Source: an uncultured Stenotrophomonas sp.
GTDB taxonomy: Bacteria > Pseudomonadota > Gammaproteobacteria > Xanthomonadales > Xanthomonadaceae
Strand: one strand, 5' to 3'
Assembly (NCBI RefSeq): GCF_913775725.1
Contig: NZ_CAJYNG010000014.1
Length of the DNA stretch: 64,000 nucleotides
The translations under genes and the position numbers were made by a program. Numbering within the stretch: position 1 is the stretch's first letter; the number at the start of each line of letters is the position of its first letter. Positions 24,578 to 33,126 of the stretch are shown here, in pieces. The notes below the pieces were generated by a model. The model made no database searches, was not told the DNA's origin, and saw only the letters and a program-made list of their open reading frames with translations.

Positions 24578-27037
24578 TCAATACTGCTTCTTCGTCCGCT
24601 TGGTCGGCTTGCCACGCTCCGGCAGCGGCGGCAGGCCATCACCCTCGTCCTCGCCCTTGTGCTCGACCAGCCGGAAGTCGATCTTGCGCTCTTCCATGCT
24701 GGCCTTCAGCACCAGGATCCGCACGCGATCACCCAGCCGGTAGCTGCTGCCGCGGCGCTCGCCGGTCAGCGTCTTGCGGGTCGCGTCGAACTTGTAATAG
24801 TCCTGCGGCAGCTGGGTGACGTGGACCAGGCCCTGCACCTTCGACTCATCCAGCTCCACGAACAGACCGAAGCTGGTCACGCCGCTGATCACGCCATCGA
24901 ACTGGCCACCCACGTGCTTTTCCATCCACGCCGCGCGGTAACGCTCGTCGACCTCGCGCTCGGCCTCATCGGCACGGCGCTCGCGCTCGGAACACTGCAG
25001 CGCCAGCGCAGCCATTTCGCGCGCGTTGTAGGTGAACTTGTCCAGCGGCTTGCCGGACAGCGCGTGCTTGATCGCGCGGTGCACCAGCAGATCGGGATAA
25101 CGACGGATCGGCGAGGTGAAGTGCGCGTACGCCTCGAGCGCCAGGCCGAAGTGGCCGTGATTCTCCGGGCTGTAGATGGCCAGGCTCTGGCTGCGCAGCA
25201 GCACCGATTCCAGCAGCGTGGCATCGGGGCGGTCGCGGATCTTCTTCAGCAGCTTGGTGTAGTCACCCGGGCGCACCTTCGACCACGGCGGCAGGCTCAG
25301 CTTGAACTCCTTGAGGAATTCCAGCAGGTCGGCGTACTTGGTTTCCGGCGGCTTCTCGTGGATACGGTACGGGGCCGGCACGTGGCGCGACAGCAGGTAC
25401 TTGGCCGCCTCGACGTTGGCCGCGATCATGCATTCCTCGATCAGCTTGTGCGCGTCGTTGCGCACCAGCATGCCGGCCTGGGTCACTTCACCGCGATTGT
25501 CCAGCACGAAGCGCACTTCACTGCTTTCGAACTCGATGGAACCGCGCTTGGTGCGTGCCTTGGACAGCACCTTGTACAGCTGGTGCAGACGCTGCACCTG
25601 CGGCAACAGATCGCCCATCCAGGCCTTGGTATCAGCATCGTCCTCGCCCACCGCCTTCCACACCTGGGTGTAGGTCAGGCGCGCGTGCGAGTTCATCACC
25701 GCCTCGTAGAAGCGCGAATGCGTGACCAAGCCGTCGCGGTCGATCTGCATGTCGCAGACGAAGCACATGCGGTCGACCTTCGGCATCAGCGAGCAGATGC
25801 CGTTGGACAGTGTCTCCGGCAGCATCGGCACCACGAAGCCCGGGAAATACACCGACGTGGCGCGCTTCTGCGCTTCCTCATCCAGCGGCGTACCAGGGCG
25901 AACGTAATTCGAGACATCGGCAATCGCCACCACCAGGCGGAAGCCATCGGCGTTCGGTTCGCAGTACACCGCGTCGTCGAAGTCCTTGGCGTCTTCACCG
26001 TCAATGGTGACCAGCGGCGTGCTGCGCAGGTCGACGCGGTCGCCGATCATCGCCGGTTCGACCACCAGCGGTACCGAGGCCGCTTCGTCCAGCACTTCCT
26101 GCGGGAACTCGAACGGCAGTTCATGGCCGTGGATGGCGGTTTCCACCACCAGCGAGGCGGTCAGCTTGTCACCGAGCACGGCGATGATGCGGCCGATCGG
26201 CGGGCGGCGGCTGTCCGGCGCCTGGGTCAGCTCGCAGACCACCAGCTGGCCGTCGCGCGCGCCACCGGTCTGGTCCGGCGGCACCTGCACGTTGCGCTGC
26301 ACGCGCTTGTCGTCAGGCACCACGTAGTTGATGCCCATCTCGATGCTGAAGCGACCAATCAGACGGGTCATGCCGCGCTCGAGCACGCGGGCGATGCTGC
26401 CTTCGCGGCGGCCACGGTGATCGATGCCGGTCACGCGGGCCAGCACCTTGTCGCCGTGCATGACCTTGCGCATTTCATACGGCGGCAGGAACAGGTCGTC
26501 GCCACCCTCGACCGGGCGCAGGAAGCCAAATCCTTCCGGGTTGGCGATCACCACGCCGGTGACCAGGTTCAGAGTCTGGATCGGGGCGAAACCACCACGA
26601 CGGTTCTGCACCAGCTGGCCATCACGGACCATGGCGCCGAGCCGGCGCGACAGCGCCTCGGCCCGGTCAGGTGCGGTCAGGCCCAAGCGCGCGCCCAGTT
26701 CTTCGGCGGTCTGCGGCCCGTCGCAGCGCTCCAGCAGGGCCAGGATGGCCTCGCGGCTGGCGATGGGCTGTTCGTATTTCTCGGCTTCGCGGGCGGCATA
26801 GGGATCGTCGATCACCTTGCCGGTCGGCGGCAGCTTGCGGCCCGGGGCCGGGCCCGGTGCGTCGGCACTGCGCACCTTGCGGCCACGCGGTGGTGCGCCG
26901 CCTTCATTCAATTCAGGGAACCAGCCCGGCAACGGCTTGCCCGGCTTGGTGGTGCGGGCTGTGCCCGCCTTGGCGCCCTTCTTCGGGGCCTGGCTGCGGG
27001 AGGTGCTCCCGCCCTTGCTTGGTTTTTTGGTAGTCAT
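24578..27037 (-). CDS. rnr: ribonuclease R
   Basis: Start at M53 of the tracked ORF (ATG 27037). From ...DDPYAAREAEKYEQPIASREAIL it is colinear with E. coli RNase R. It has the RNB motifs VTIDGEDAKDFDDAV and HFGLALEAYAHFTSPIRRYPDL and a C-terminal S1 domain. A ~78-aa Lys/Pro/Gly-rich N-terminal extension is present. Confidence 0.92.
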   Translation of the reverse strand: MTTKKPSKGGSTSRSQAPKKGAKAGTARTTKPGKPLPGWFPELNEGGAPPRGRKVRSADAPGPAPGRKLPPTGKVIDDPYAAREAEKYEQPIASREAILALLERCDGPQTAEELGARLGLTAPDRAEALSRRLGAMVRDGQLVQNRRGGFAPIQTLNLVTGVVIANPEGFGFLRPVEGGDDLFLPPYEMRKVMHGDKVLARVTGIDHRGRREGSIARVLERGMTRLIGRFSIEMGINYVVPDDKRVQRNVQVPPDQTGGARDGQLVVCELTQAPDSRRPPIGRIIAVLGDKLTASLVVETAIHGHELPFEFPQEVLDEAASVPLVVEPAMIGDRVDLRSTPLVTIDGEDAKDFDDAVYCEPNADGFRLVVAIADVSNYVRPGTPLDEEAQKRATSVYFPGFVVPMLPETLSNGICSLMPKVDRMCFVCDMQIDRDGLVTHSRFYEAVMNSHARLTYTQVWKAVGEDDADTKAWMGDLLPQVQRLHQLYKVLSKARTKRGSIEFESSEVRFVLDNRGEVTQAGMLVRNDAHKLIEECMIAANVEAAKYLLSRHVPAPYRIHEKPPETKYADLLEFLKEFKLSLPPWSKVRPGDYTKLLKKIRDRPDATLLESVLLRSQSLAIYSPENHGHFGLALEAYAHFTSPIRRYPDLLVHRAIKHALSGKPLDKFTYNAREMAALALQCSERERRADEAEREVDERYRAAWMEKHVGGQFDGVISGVTSFGLFVELDESKVQGLVHVTQLPQDYYKFDATRKTLTGERRGSSYRLGDRVRILVLKASMEERKIDFRLVEHKGEDEGDGLPPLPERGKPTKRTKKQY

Positions 27038-27122
27038 CGCCCCACATGGTAGCCGTTGACGGCGTGCAGAACGGGTCAGTGGCGGCTCTGGAAGCGCCGC
27101 GTGAAATATTTGTTGGAAATCG

Positions 27123-27151
27123 TTGACAGCCTGCGGATTCATCTTCACAAT
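27123..27151 (+). promoter_or_regulatory. sigma70-type promoter of tRNA-Leu copy 1
   Basis: TTGACA (27123-27128), 17-nt spacer, CACAAT (27146-27151). The tRNA begins 15 nt downstream. Confidence 0.65.
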
Positions 27152-27165
27152 TGCGCCTCTGGAAC

Positions 27166-27250
<85 letters not shown>

Positions 27251-27261
27251 ACGAAAAAACT

Positions 27262-27286
27262 CCTCGCTTCGGCGGGGATTTTTTTT
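27262..27286 (+). terminator. intrinsic terminator after tRNA-Leu copy 1
   Basis: cctcgc-ttcg-gcgggg (one G-U pair), followed by atttttttt. Confidence 0.7.
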
Positions 27287-27304
27287 GCCTGTAATCCGAT
27301 GGCA

Positions 27305-27396
27305 GGGTCGGATCCCTTTCCAAAGTAAAGGGCCCTGACCCAAAGCGAGTGAGATGGGGTCAGAGCCCGTTTCCGCACGCGAAACGGGATCCGGCC
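27305..27396. repeat. two copies of the GGGTCRGATCC...GACCC long-palindrome family
   Basis: Units gggtcggatccctttccaaagtaaagggccctgaccc (27305-27341) and ggggtcagagcccgtttccgcacgcgaaacgggatccggcc (27356-27396). Confidence 0.8.
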
Positions 27397-27414
27397 ACGG
27401 ATCCAGAAAAGGTG

Positions 27415-27443
27415 TTGACACCCCGGTAACAACACCCCATAAT
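27415..27443 (+). promoter_or_regulatory. sigma70-type promoter of tRNA-Leu copy 2
   Basis: TTGACA (27415-27420), 17-nt spacer, CATAAT (27438-27443). Confidence 0.7.
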
Positions 27444-27456
27444 CTCGCTCCTCGAC

Positions 27457-27543
27457 GCCCAGGTGGCGGAATTGGTAGACGCACTAGCTTCAGGTGCTAG
27501 CGGGGGCAACTTCGTGGAGGTTCGAGTCCTCTCCTGGGCACCA
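27457..27543 (+). tRNA. tRNA-Leu (anticodon CAG)
   Basis: Same fold as copy 1. It differs in the anticodon stem (ctagc/gctag) and the variable arm, and is 100% identical to copy 3 by eye. Confidence 0.92.
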
Positions 27544-27559
27544 TGTCGAGAAAGAAAAC

Positions 27560-27583
27560 AACCCGCGCAAGCGGGTTTTTTCT
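27560..27583 (+). terminator. intrinsic terminator after tRNA-Leu copy 2
   Basis: acccgc-gcaa-gcgggt followed by tttttct. Confidence 0.75.
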
Positions 27584-27602
27584 TGCCTGTGATTCGGGCC
27601 TT

Positions 27603-27631
27603 TGTAGTGTCGAGCCATGCTCGACACTACA
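27603..27631. repeat. SMAG-type repeat, perfect 12-bp palindrome with GTAG and CTAC at both ends
   Basis: Sequence tGTAGtgtcgag-ccatg-ctcgacaCTACa. Confidence 0.85.
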
Positions 27632-27651
27632 AAGGCCGGCCGCGGACGCCC

Positions 27652-28398
27652 TCAGAACAACGGCCGCAGCACCAGCTCCAGCCCGAGCAGCAGCAGGAAC
27701 CCGAGGAAACAGGCGCGGAACACCCGGGCACTGATGCGCTGCCGGATCACCTGCCCCAGCCACATGCCCAGCAATGCCGGCAGCACCGCCAACGCACTCA
27801 GCCCCAGCTGCTGGATACCGAATGCGCCATGCAGCACCAGGCCGATGGTCAGCGAAATCGTCGACACGGTGAACGCCAACCCGAGCGCCTGCACCAGCTC
27901 CTCGCGCTGCAACCCCAGCGACTGCAGGTACGGCACCGCCGGCATCACGAACACGCCGGTGGCGCCGGTCACCATGCCCGACAACGCGCCCACCAGCGGC
28001 CCCAGCCAACGCTCGCGCCGCTGCGGCACGCGGAACACCGGCGCAAGCAGGGCATAGGCCGCATAGACCACCAGCGCTACGCCCAGTGCAACGCGCGACC
28101 AGGTGCGATCGACCCTCACCAGCAGCGCTGCCGAACCCAGCGTCACCACCACCACCGCCAGCATCATCGGCCACAGCCGCCGCACGATGTGGCCCAGCGC
28201 TGGCCCGGACAACAGCTGCCACGCATTGGTGACAAAGGTGGGGATGAACAGCATCGACGCTGCGGCCACCGGCGACAGCGTGCCACCGAGCAGACCCATC
28301 GCCACGGTCGGCAACCCCATGCCGGTCACGCCCTTGACCACACCGGCGAGCACGAACACGACCACCAGCAGCACGTAGAAGTACATCGATTCATTCAT
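27652..28398 (-). CDS. TSUP-family (TauE/SafE) anion exporter membrane protein
   Basis: Start at MNESMYFYVLLVVVF... (ATG 28398). It is a 248-aa polytopic protein with the VKGVTGMGLP and GATGVFVMP motifs typical of TauE/SafE. Confidence 0.8.
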   Translation of the reverse strand: MNESMYFYVLLVVVFVLAGVVKGVTGMGLPTVAMGLLGGTLSPVAAASMLFIPTFVTNAWQLLSGPALGHIVRRLWPMMLAVVVVTLGSAALLVRVDRTWSRVALGVALVVYAAYALLAPVFRVPQRRERWLGPLVGALSGMVTGATGVFVMPAVPYLQSLGLQREELVQALGLAFTVSTISLTIGLVLHGAFGIQQLGLSALAVLPALLGMWLGQVIRQRISARVFRACFLGFLLLLGLELVLRPLF

Positions 28399-28497
28399 GC
28401 CTTCATTGGATCGGCCGGCCGCTCGGCGCACAATGCGGTCTTCCCGGCCTCGCCTTCGGTTGACCCGAAGGCACAGGCATTGCGATGAGGGCATCAC

Positions 28498-29397
28498 ATG
28501 CGGATGGATATCGCCGACCTGCGCCTGTTCCTGGCGATTGCCGAGGCGGGCAGCATCACGGCCGGCGCAGCGCAGGCAAACCTGGCACTGGCTTCGGCCA
28601 GCGAACGCCTGCGCACGATCGAAGCCGATGCCGGCACCGTGCTGCTGAAGCGGCATCCACGTGGCGTCAGCCTGACCGAAGCCGGCGCCGCCCTCGCCCA
28701 CCATGCACGCCTGATCCTGCAGCAGCAGGCGCAGTTGCGCGGCGAACTGCAGGCATTCGCGCATGGCGCGCGCGGCACCCTGCATCTGTATGCCAACACC
28801 GCAGCGCTGACCAACTACCTACCCTCGCGGCTGGCACCGTGGCTGGCCGAACGCCCACGCCTGCACGTGGAACTGATGGAACGCACCAGCCCCGAAGTCG
28901 TTCGTGCGATCAGCGCTGGCCAGGCCGAAGCCGGCATCATCAGTGATGCGGTCGACGCAGCCGGCCTGCAGCAGTATGTGGTGGCCGAAGATCCGCTGGT
29001 GATGCTGCTGCCGGCCAACCACCGCTTTGCATCGAAGCGCAGCCTGGCCTTCGCCGATGTTGCCGGCGAGACCTTCGTCGCCCTCGCCGATGGCAATGCA
29101 CTGCAGACCTACATCGAGGACCGGGCGCGCGACATCGGGCGACGCCTGGACGCGCGCATCCGCATGAAGACCTTCGAAGGCGTGTGCATCATGGTCGGCC
29201 ACGGCATTGGTGTCGGCATCGTGCCGCGGACCATCGCCCGTCAGCACCGACGCAGTACGCATACGGTTGGCATAGCGCTCTCCGATGCGTGGGCACAACG
29301 TCGACTGTGTGCGTGTTTTGCAGAGTGGGCGCAGCTGTCACCGGCGATGCGCAGCCTGCTGCATCACCTGGGCGTGCAGCCGCAGAAAAAAGTGTGA
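28498..29397 (+). CDS. LysR-family transcriptional regulator (divergent from the TauE-like gene)
   Basis: The N-terminal HTH MDIADLRLFLAIAEAGSITAGAAQANLALASASERLRTIE is canonical LysR. It is 299 aa. Confidence 0.9.
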   Translation: MRMDIADLRLFLAIAEAGSITAGAAQANLALASASERLRTIEADAGTVLLKRHPRGVSLTEAGAALAHHARLILQQQAQLRGELQAFAHGARGTLHLYANTAALTNYLPSRLAPWLAERPRLHVELMERTSPEVVRAISAGQAEAGIISDAVDAAGLQQYVVAEDPLVMLLPANHRFASKRSLAFADVAGETFVALADGNALQTYIEDRARDIGRRLDARIRMKTFEGVCIMVGHGIGVGIVPRTIARQHRRSTHTVGIALSDAWAQRRLCACFAEWAQLSPAMRSLLHHLGVQPQKKV

Positions 29398-29404
29398 AAT
29401 GTTG

Positions 29405-29433
29405 TTGACACATCTTCTGTCGTTCCCCATAAT
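29405..29433 (+). promoter_or_regulatory. sigma70-type promoter of tRNA-Leu copy 3
   Basis: TTGACA (29405-29410), 17-nt spacer, CATAAT (29428-29433). The architecture matches copy 2. Confidence 0.7.
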
Positions 29434-29447
29434 TCGTCTCCTGAGTC

Positions 29448-29534
29448 GCCCAGGTGGCGGAATTGGTAGACGCACTAGCTTCAGGTGCTAGCGGGGGCAA
29501 CTTCGTGGAGGTTCGAGTCCTCTCCTGGGCACCA
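29448..29534 (+). tRNA. tRNA-Leu (anticodon CAG)
   Basis: Identical 87-nt sequence to copy 2. Confidence 0.92.
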
Positions 29535-29552
29535 TGACTCAGCAAATGATCA

Positions 29553-29575
29553 AACCCGCGAAAGCGGGTTTTTTC
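29553..29575 (+). terminator. intrinsic terminator after tRNA-Leu copy 3
   Basis: acccgc-gaaa-gcgggt followed by tttttc. Confidence 0.75.
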
Positions 29576-29861
29576 ATGTCCGGGATTTGGGTGCACGTTG
29601 CATTGCGATTGCCGCTCAATGTGTCGTATCCGGCACATCCTTGGCAGCTACCTGCTCGCGCGATCTCCCACCGGCGCGTCGCTATCAGGCCCTGAACGAC
29701 AACCTTTTCGGGATCCATTCCACGTTTCGTTCGAACACGTACTTCTCCTGGATGGAATCCACTCGCGATTCCTCGCCCCCGGCAGGCAGATTCTCGGATG
29801 CCGGGGGCAGTACTCCATCATGCCCTGCCCCTGCGCGCCTTCCTCCAATAAAGGACGCTCC

Positions 29862-30140
29862 ATGCAGCGCAGCATCATCTGTCCTCACTGCCACACCGCG
29901 TCCAACCACGGCGTAAGCGTCTGCGTGGGATGCCAGGCCGAAGTACACTATGGCGCATCCCGGGAAGCGTACGCGGTTGTCTTTGTTGCCGCCCTTGTCT
30001 GCGGCGCATTCGTTGGCAGCCACCTGCAGGCCACTGCCGGCTGGATCAGCGGCGGCGTCGTACTTGTGGCAGGAATGTGGGCGATGGCCCAGCTGTTCCG
30101 CGATCGCGTGGTGTTCAAGCGCGTGTATCGCACCCGCTAG
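29862..30140 (+). CDS. small hypothetical membrane protein with N-terminal zinc ribbon (CPHC...CVGC) and two predicted TM helices
   Basis: AAGGA RBS 7 nt upstream of ATG 29862. The 92-aa product is MQRSIICPHCHTASNHGVSVCVGCQAEVHYG... followed by two hydrophobic stretches. It sits in a visibly lower-GC segment just 3' of a tRNA gene. No family was recognised. Confidence 0.5.
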   Translation: MQRSIICPHCHTASNHGVSVCVGCQAEVHYGASREAYAVVFVAALVCGAFVGSHLQATAGWISGGVVLVAGMWAMAQLFRDRVVFKRVYRTR

Positions 30141-30216
30141 ACGTTGGCCAATGCTCTTGGCCTGGATGTACTTCGGTACGCCACCTGACAGGCAGGGCGC
30201 GACGTTGCCAGCAACG

Positions 30217-30250
30217 CACAAACAAGAACCCCGCCTTCCGGCGGGGTTTC
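30217..30250 (-). terminator. intrinsic terminator downstream of emrB (minus strand; weakly bidirectional)
   Basis: Stem ccccgcc (30229-30235) pairs with ggcgggg (30240-30246). On the minus strand it is followed by ttcttgtttgt. Confidence 0.65.
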
Positions 30251-30336
30251 TGCATCCAGTAGTTCCGCGTCATGCGTGGATGCATTCTGCAGGAAATCCG
30301 CCGGGCGTGGCCCGGCGCTACCGAGTGGCAGATCGA

Positions 30337-31926
30337 TCAGTGCCCACCACCCGCAGAGGCCGCACCCGCGCCCGCGCCGAATGGCGGCTTGGCCAGCCAC
30401 AGGAAAGTGATGATCGCCAGGAAGATCCAGCCCAGCAGGAAGAAGATGTCGTTGAAGCCCATCTGCGATGCCTGGTGGTTGATCATGTTGTTCAGTACCG
30501 CTGCACCGTGTTGCAGGTCACCCTGCCCCATCGCGGTGACCTGGTCCTGCATGCCCGGCTGATAGGCCGAGATGTGTTCGGTCAGGTCGGCATGGTGCAC
30601 CTGGGTACGCCGCGCCCACAGCCACGTCGTCAGCGAGGCCGCGAAGCTGCCGCCCAGCGTACGCAGGAACGTAGCCAGGCCCGAGCCCGCCGCGATCTCG
30701 CGCCCATCCAGGTCCGACAGCAGGATCTGCAGCACCGGCATGAAGAACAGCGCAACGCCGATGCCCATGATCAGCTGCACGCCGGCCACATGCTGGAAGT
30801 CCACCTGCAGGTTGAAGCCGGAACGCAGGAAGCTGGTCATCGACAGGAACACGAAGGCGATGGTCGCCAGCATGCGCATGTCGAAACGCGACGCGTACTT
30901 ACCCACGAACGGGGTCATGATCACCGGCAGGATGCCGATCGGCGCCGTCGCCAGGCCCGCCCAGATCGCGGTGTAGCCCATGTCACGCTGCAACCACTGC
31001 GGAATCAGCAGGGCCACGCTGAAGAACGCCGCGTAGGCCACCACCATCGCCAGCGTACCGGCGCGGAAGTTGCGATGGCGGAAGAGCTTCAGGTCGACGA
31101 TCGGGTCCTTGTCGGTCAGTTCCCAGATCAGGAACACCGTCAGCGTCACCACCGCCACACACGCCAGCACCACGATCTTCATCGACGAGAACCAGTCCTC
31201 GTCGTTGCCAAGATCAAGCACCAGCTGCAGCGCACCGACACCAATCACCAGGGTGATCAGGCCGACGTAGTCCATCTTCGGCTTCTCGATCTGCTCCGGG
31301 CGCCCCTTCAACTGGTTGCCCACCACGAGGGCAGCGAAGATGCCCAGCGGCACATTGATCAGGAAGATCCATTCCCAGCTGTAGTTGTCGGTGATCCAGC
31401 CACCGAGGATCGGGCCACAGATCGGCGCCACCACCGTGATCATCGCCAGCAGCGCCAGCGCCTGCCCGCGTTTCTCGCGTGGATAGATCGACACCAGCAG
31501 CGACTGCGTGATCGGGTACATCGGCCCGGCCACGAAGCCCTGCAGCGCACGCGACACCACCAGCATGCCCATGCTCTGCGCCAGGCCGCACAGCAGCGAG
31601 GTGATGACGAAGGCCAGCGTGGCCCAGACGAAGAGCTTGCGTTCGCCGAAGCGGCGGCTGAGCCAGCCGGTCAGCGGCAGCGCGATGGCCGTGCTGACCG
31701 CGAACGAGGTGATGACCCAGGTCGCCTGCTGCGAACTGGCGCCGAGATTACCGGCGATGGTCGGCAGCGAAACGTTGGCGATGGTGGTGTCGAGCACCTG
31801 CATGAACGACGCCATCGCCAGGCCCACGGTGCACAGGGCGACGCTGGGCGGCAGGAACCCGGAGGCCGCACCCGGCGCCGCCGGTGCGCCCGGAGCGCCG
31901 GGCGCGGCTGGAGCTTGTGCGGACAT
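30337..31926 (-). CDS. emrB: EmrB/QacA-type 14-TM MFS (DHA2) drug efflux transporter
   Basis: 529 aa. The N-terminal part matches EmrB blocks (QVLDTTIANVSLPTIAGNLGAS, WVITSFAVSTAIALPLTGWLSRRFGERKLF). It follows an emrA-like gene. Confidence 0.9.
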   Translation of the reverse strand: MSAQAPAAPGAPGAPAAPGAASGFLPPSVALCTVGLAMASFMQVLDTTIANVSLPTIAGNLGASSQQATWVITSFAVSTAIALPLTGWLSRRFGERKLFVWATLAFVITSLLCGLAQSMGMLVVSRALQGFVAGPMYPITQSLLVSIYPREKRGQALALLAMITVVAPICGPILGGWITDNYSWEWIFLINVPLGIFAALVVGNQLKGRPEQIEKPKMDYVGLITLVIGVGALQLVLDLGNDEDWFSSMKIVVLACVAVVTLTVFLIWELTDKDPIVDLKLFRHRNFRAGTLAMVVAYAAFFSVALLIPQWLQRDMGYTAIWAGLATAPIGILPVIMTPFVGKYASRFDMRMLATIAFVFLSMTSFLRSGFNLQVDFQHVAGVQLIMGIGVALFFMPVLQILLSDLDGREIAAGSGLATFLRTLGGSFAASLTTWLWARRTQVHHADLTEHISAYQPGMQDQVTAMGQGDLQHGAAVLNNMINHQASQMGFNDIFFLLGWIFLAIITFLWLAKPPFGAGAGAASAGGGH

Positions 31927-31933
31927 GGCGACC

Positions 31934-33115
31934 TCAGCCCACCTTTGCCTGCTGCTGCGGCAGGTTGCCCTGGATGATCGTGTGGATCACCTCGTCGGCA
32001 TCATGCAGCTGCTTGGCGTACACGTCGGTGTCGAACACGGTGCCCTTGGCGGCAGCGGTCGGCAGTACTTCGCCCTTCTGGTCACGTAGGCTCACTTCGG
32101 CCTTCATCGACAGGCCGATGCGCAGCGGGTGGTCGGCCAGCTGCTTGGCATCGATGGCGATGCGCACCGGCACGCGCTGCACGATCTTGATCCAGTTGCC
32201 GCTGGCGTTCTGCGCCGGCAGCAGGGAGAACGCCGAGCCGGTGCCCAGGCCCAGGCTCTGGATGCGGCCCTTGTACTTCACGTCACCGGCGTACAGGTCC
32301 GACTTCAGCTCCACTTCCTGGCCCAGGCGCATGTGGCGCAGCTGGGTTTCCTTGAAGTTGGCTTCCACCCACATCTGCTCGGTCGGCACCACGGCCATCA
32401 GGGCGTTGCCCGGCTGCACGCGCTGGCCCACCTGCACCGAACGACGGGCGACATAGCCTGTGACCGGCGCGACGATGCCGGCGCGGGCATTGTTGAGGAA
32501 GGCCTGGCGCAGCTGCGCGGCGGCCGCCTGCACGTCCGGCTGGGTGGCGATCACGGTGTCGTCGACCAGTGCGCGGTTGCGCTCGACGGTCTCGCGCGAA
32601 CCGGCCACGGCCGCTTCGGCAGCGGCCAGCTCATCGCGGGCGTGGGCCAGTTCTTCATTGGAGATGGCGCCGGTGGCGGCCAGGTCCTTGCGGCGCGCGA
32701 AGTCGTCGCGCACGCGCTTCAGAGTCACCTGGCGGGCGTTCAAGTCCGCCTGTGCGCCTTCCACGCTGCGGTACAGGCCACGGGTCTGGCGCACGGTCTT
32801 GGCCAGATTGGCTTCGGCCTGCTGCAGTGCCACCGAGGTATCGGACGGGTCCAGCTGCACCAGCAGCTGGCCGCGCTCCACGCGCATGCCGTCATCGGCG
32901 TTGATGGCGACCACGGTACCGGCCACCAGCGGGGTGATCTGCACCTGGTTGCCCTGCACGTAGGCGTCGTCGGTCTCTTCGAACCAACGGCCGAACATGA
33001 AGTACCACAGCGCGAGTGCGGCAAGCAGCAGCACGACGATCACGAACAGGCCGCGCAGCAGGTTGCCGCGGCGGTTGGAGGCGGCCGGGGCCGCGGTGTC
33101 TTGGGTCTGGCTCAT
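31934..33115 (-). CDS. emrA: EmrA-type (HlyD family) membrane fusion protein
   Basis: 393 aa with an N-terminal TM, ETDDAYVQGNQVQITP, long coiled coils and a beta-barrel. Confidence 0.9.
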   Translation of the reverse strand: MSQTQDTAAPAASNRRGNLLRGLFVIVVLLLAALALWYFMFGRWFEETDDAYVQGNQVQITPLVAGTVVAINADDGMRVERGQLLVQLDPSDTSVALQQAEANLAKTVRQTRGLYRSVEGAQADLNARQVTLKRVRDDFARRKDLAATGAISNEELAHARDELAAAEAAVAGSRETVERNRALVDDTVIATQPDVQAAAAQLRQAFLNNARAGIVAPVTGYVARRSVQVGQRVQPGNALMAVVPTEQMWVEANFKETQLRHMRLGQEVELKSDLYAGDVKYKGRIQSLGLGTGSAFSLLPAQNASGNWIKIVQRVPVRIAIDAKQLADHPLRIGLSMKAEVSLRDQKGEVLPTAAAKGTVFDTDVYAKQLHDADEVIHTIIQGNLPQQQAKVG

Positions 33116-33126
33116 GGCGGAGGTCT

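Noticed and set aside
23996-27052. 1018-aa ORF on the plus strand.
   Set aside because: It is entirely antisense to rnr, which has unmistakable RNase R motifs. The composition is Arg/Ala/His/Gly-rich low-complexity sequence, typical of spurious antisense frames in GC-rich DNA. No family motifs are present.
29685-30221. 178-aa minus-strand ORF.
   Set aside because: It is antisense to the better-supported zinc-ribbon mini-protein gene, which has a good RBS and a signal/TM-like architecture. It has no motifs of its own.
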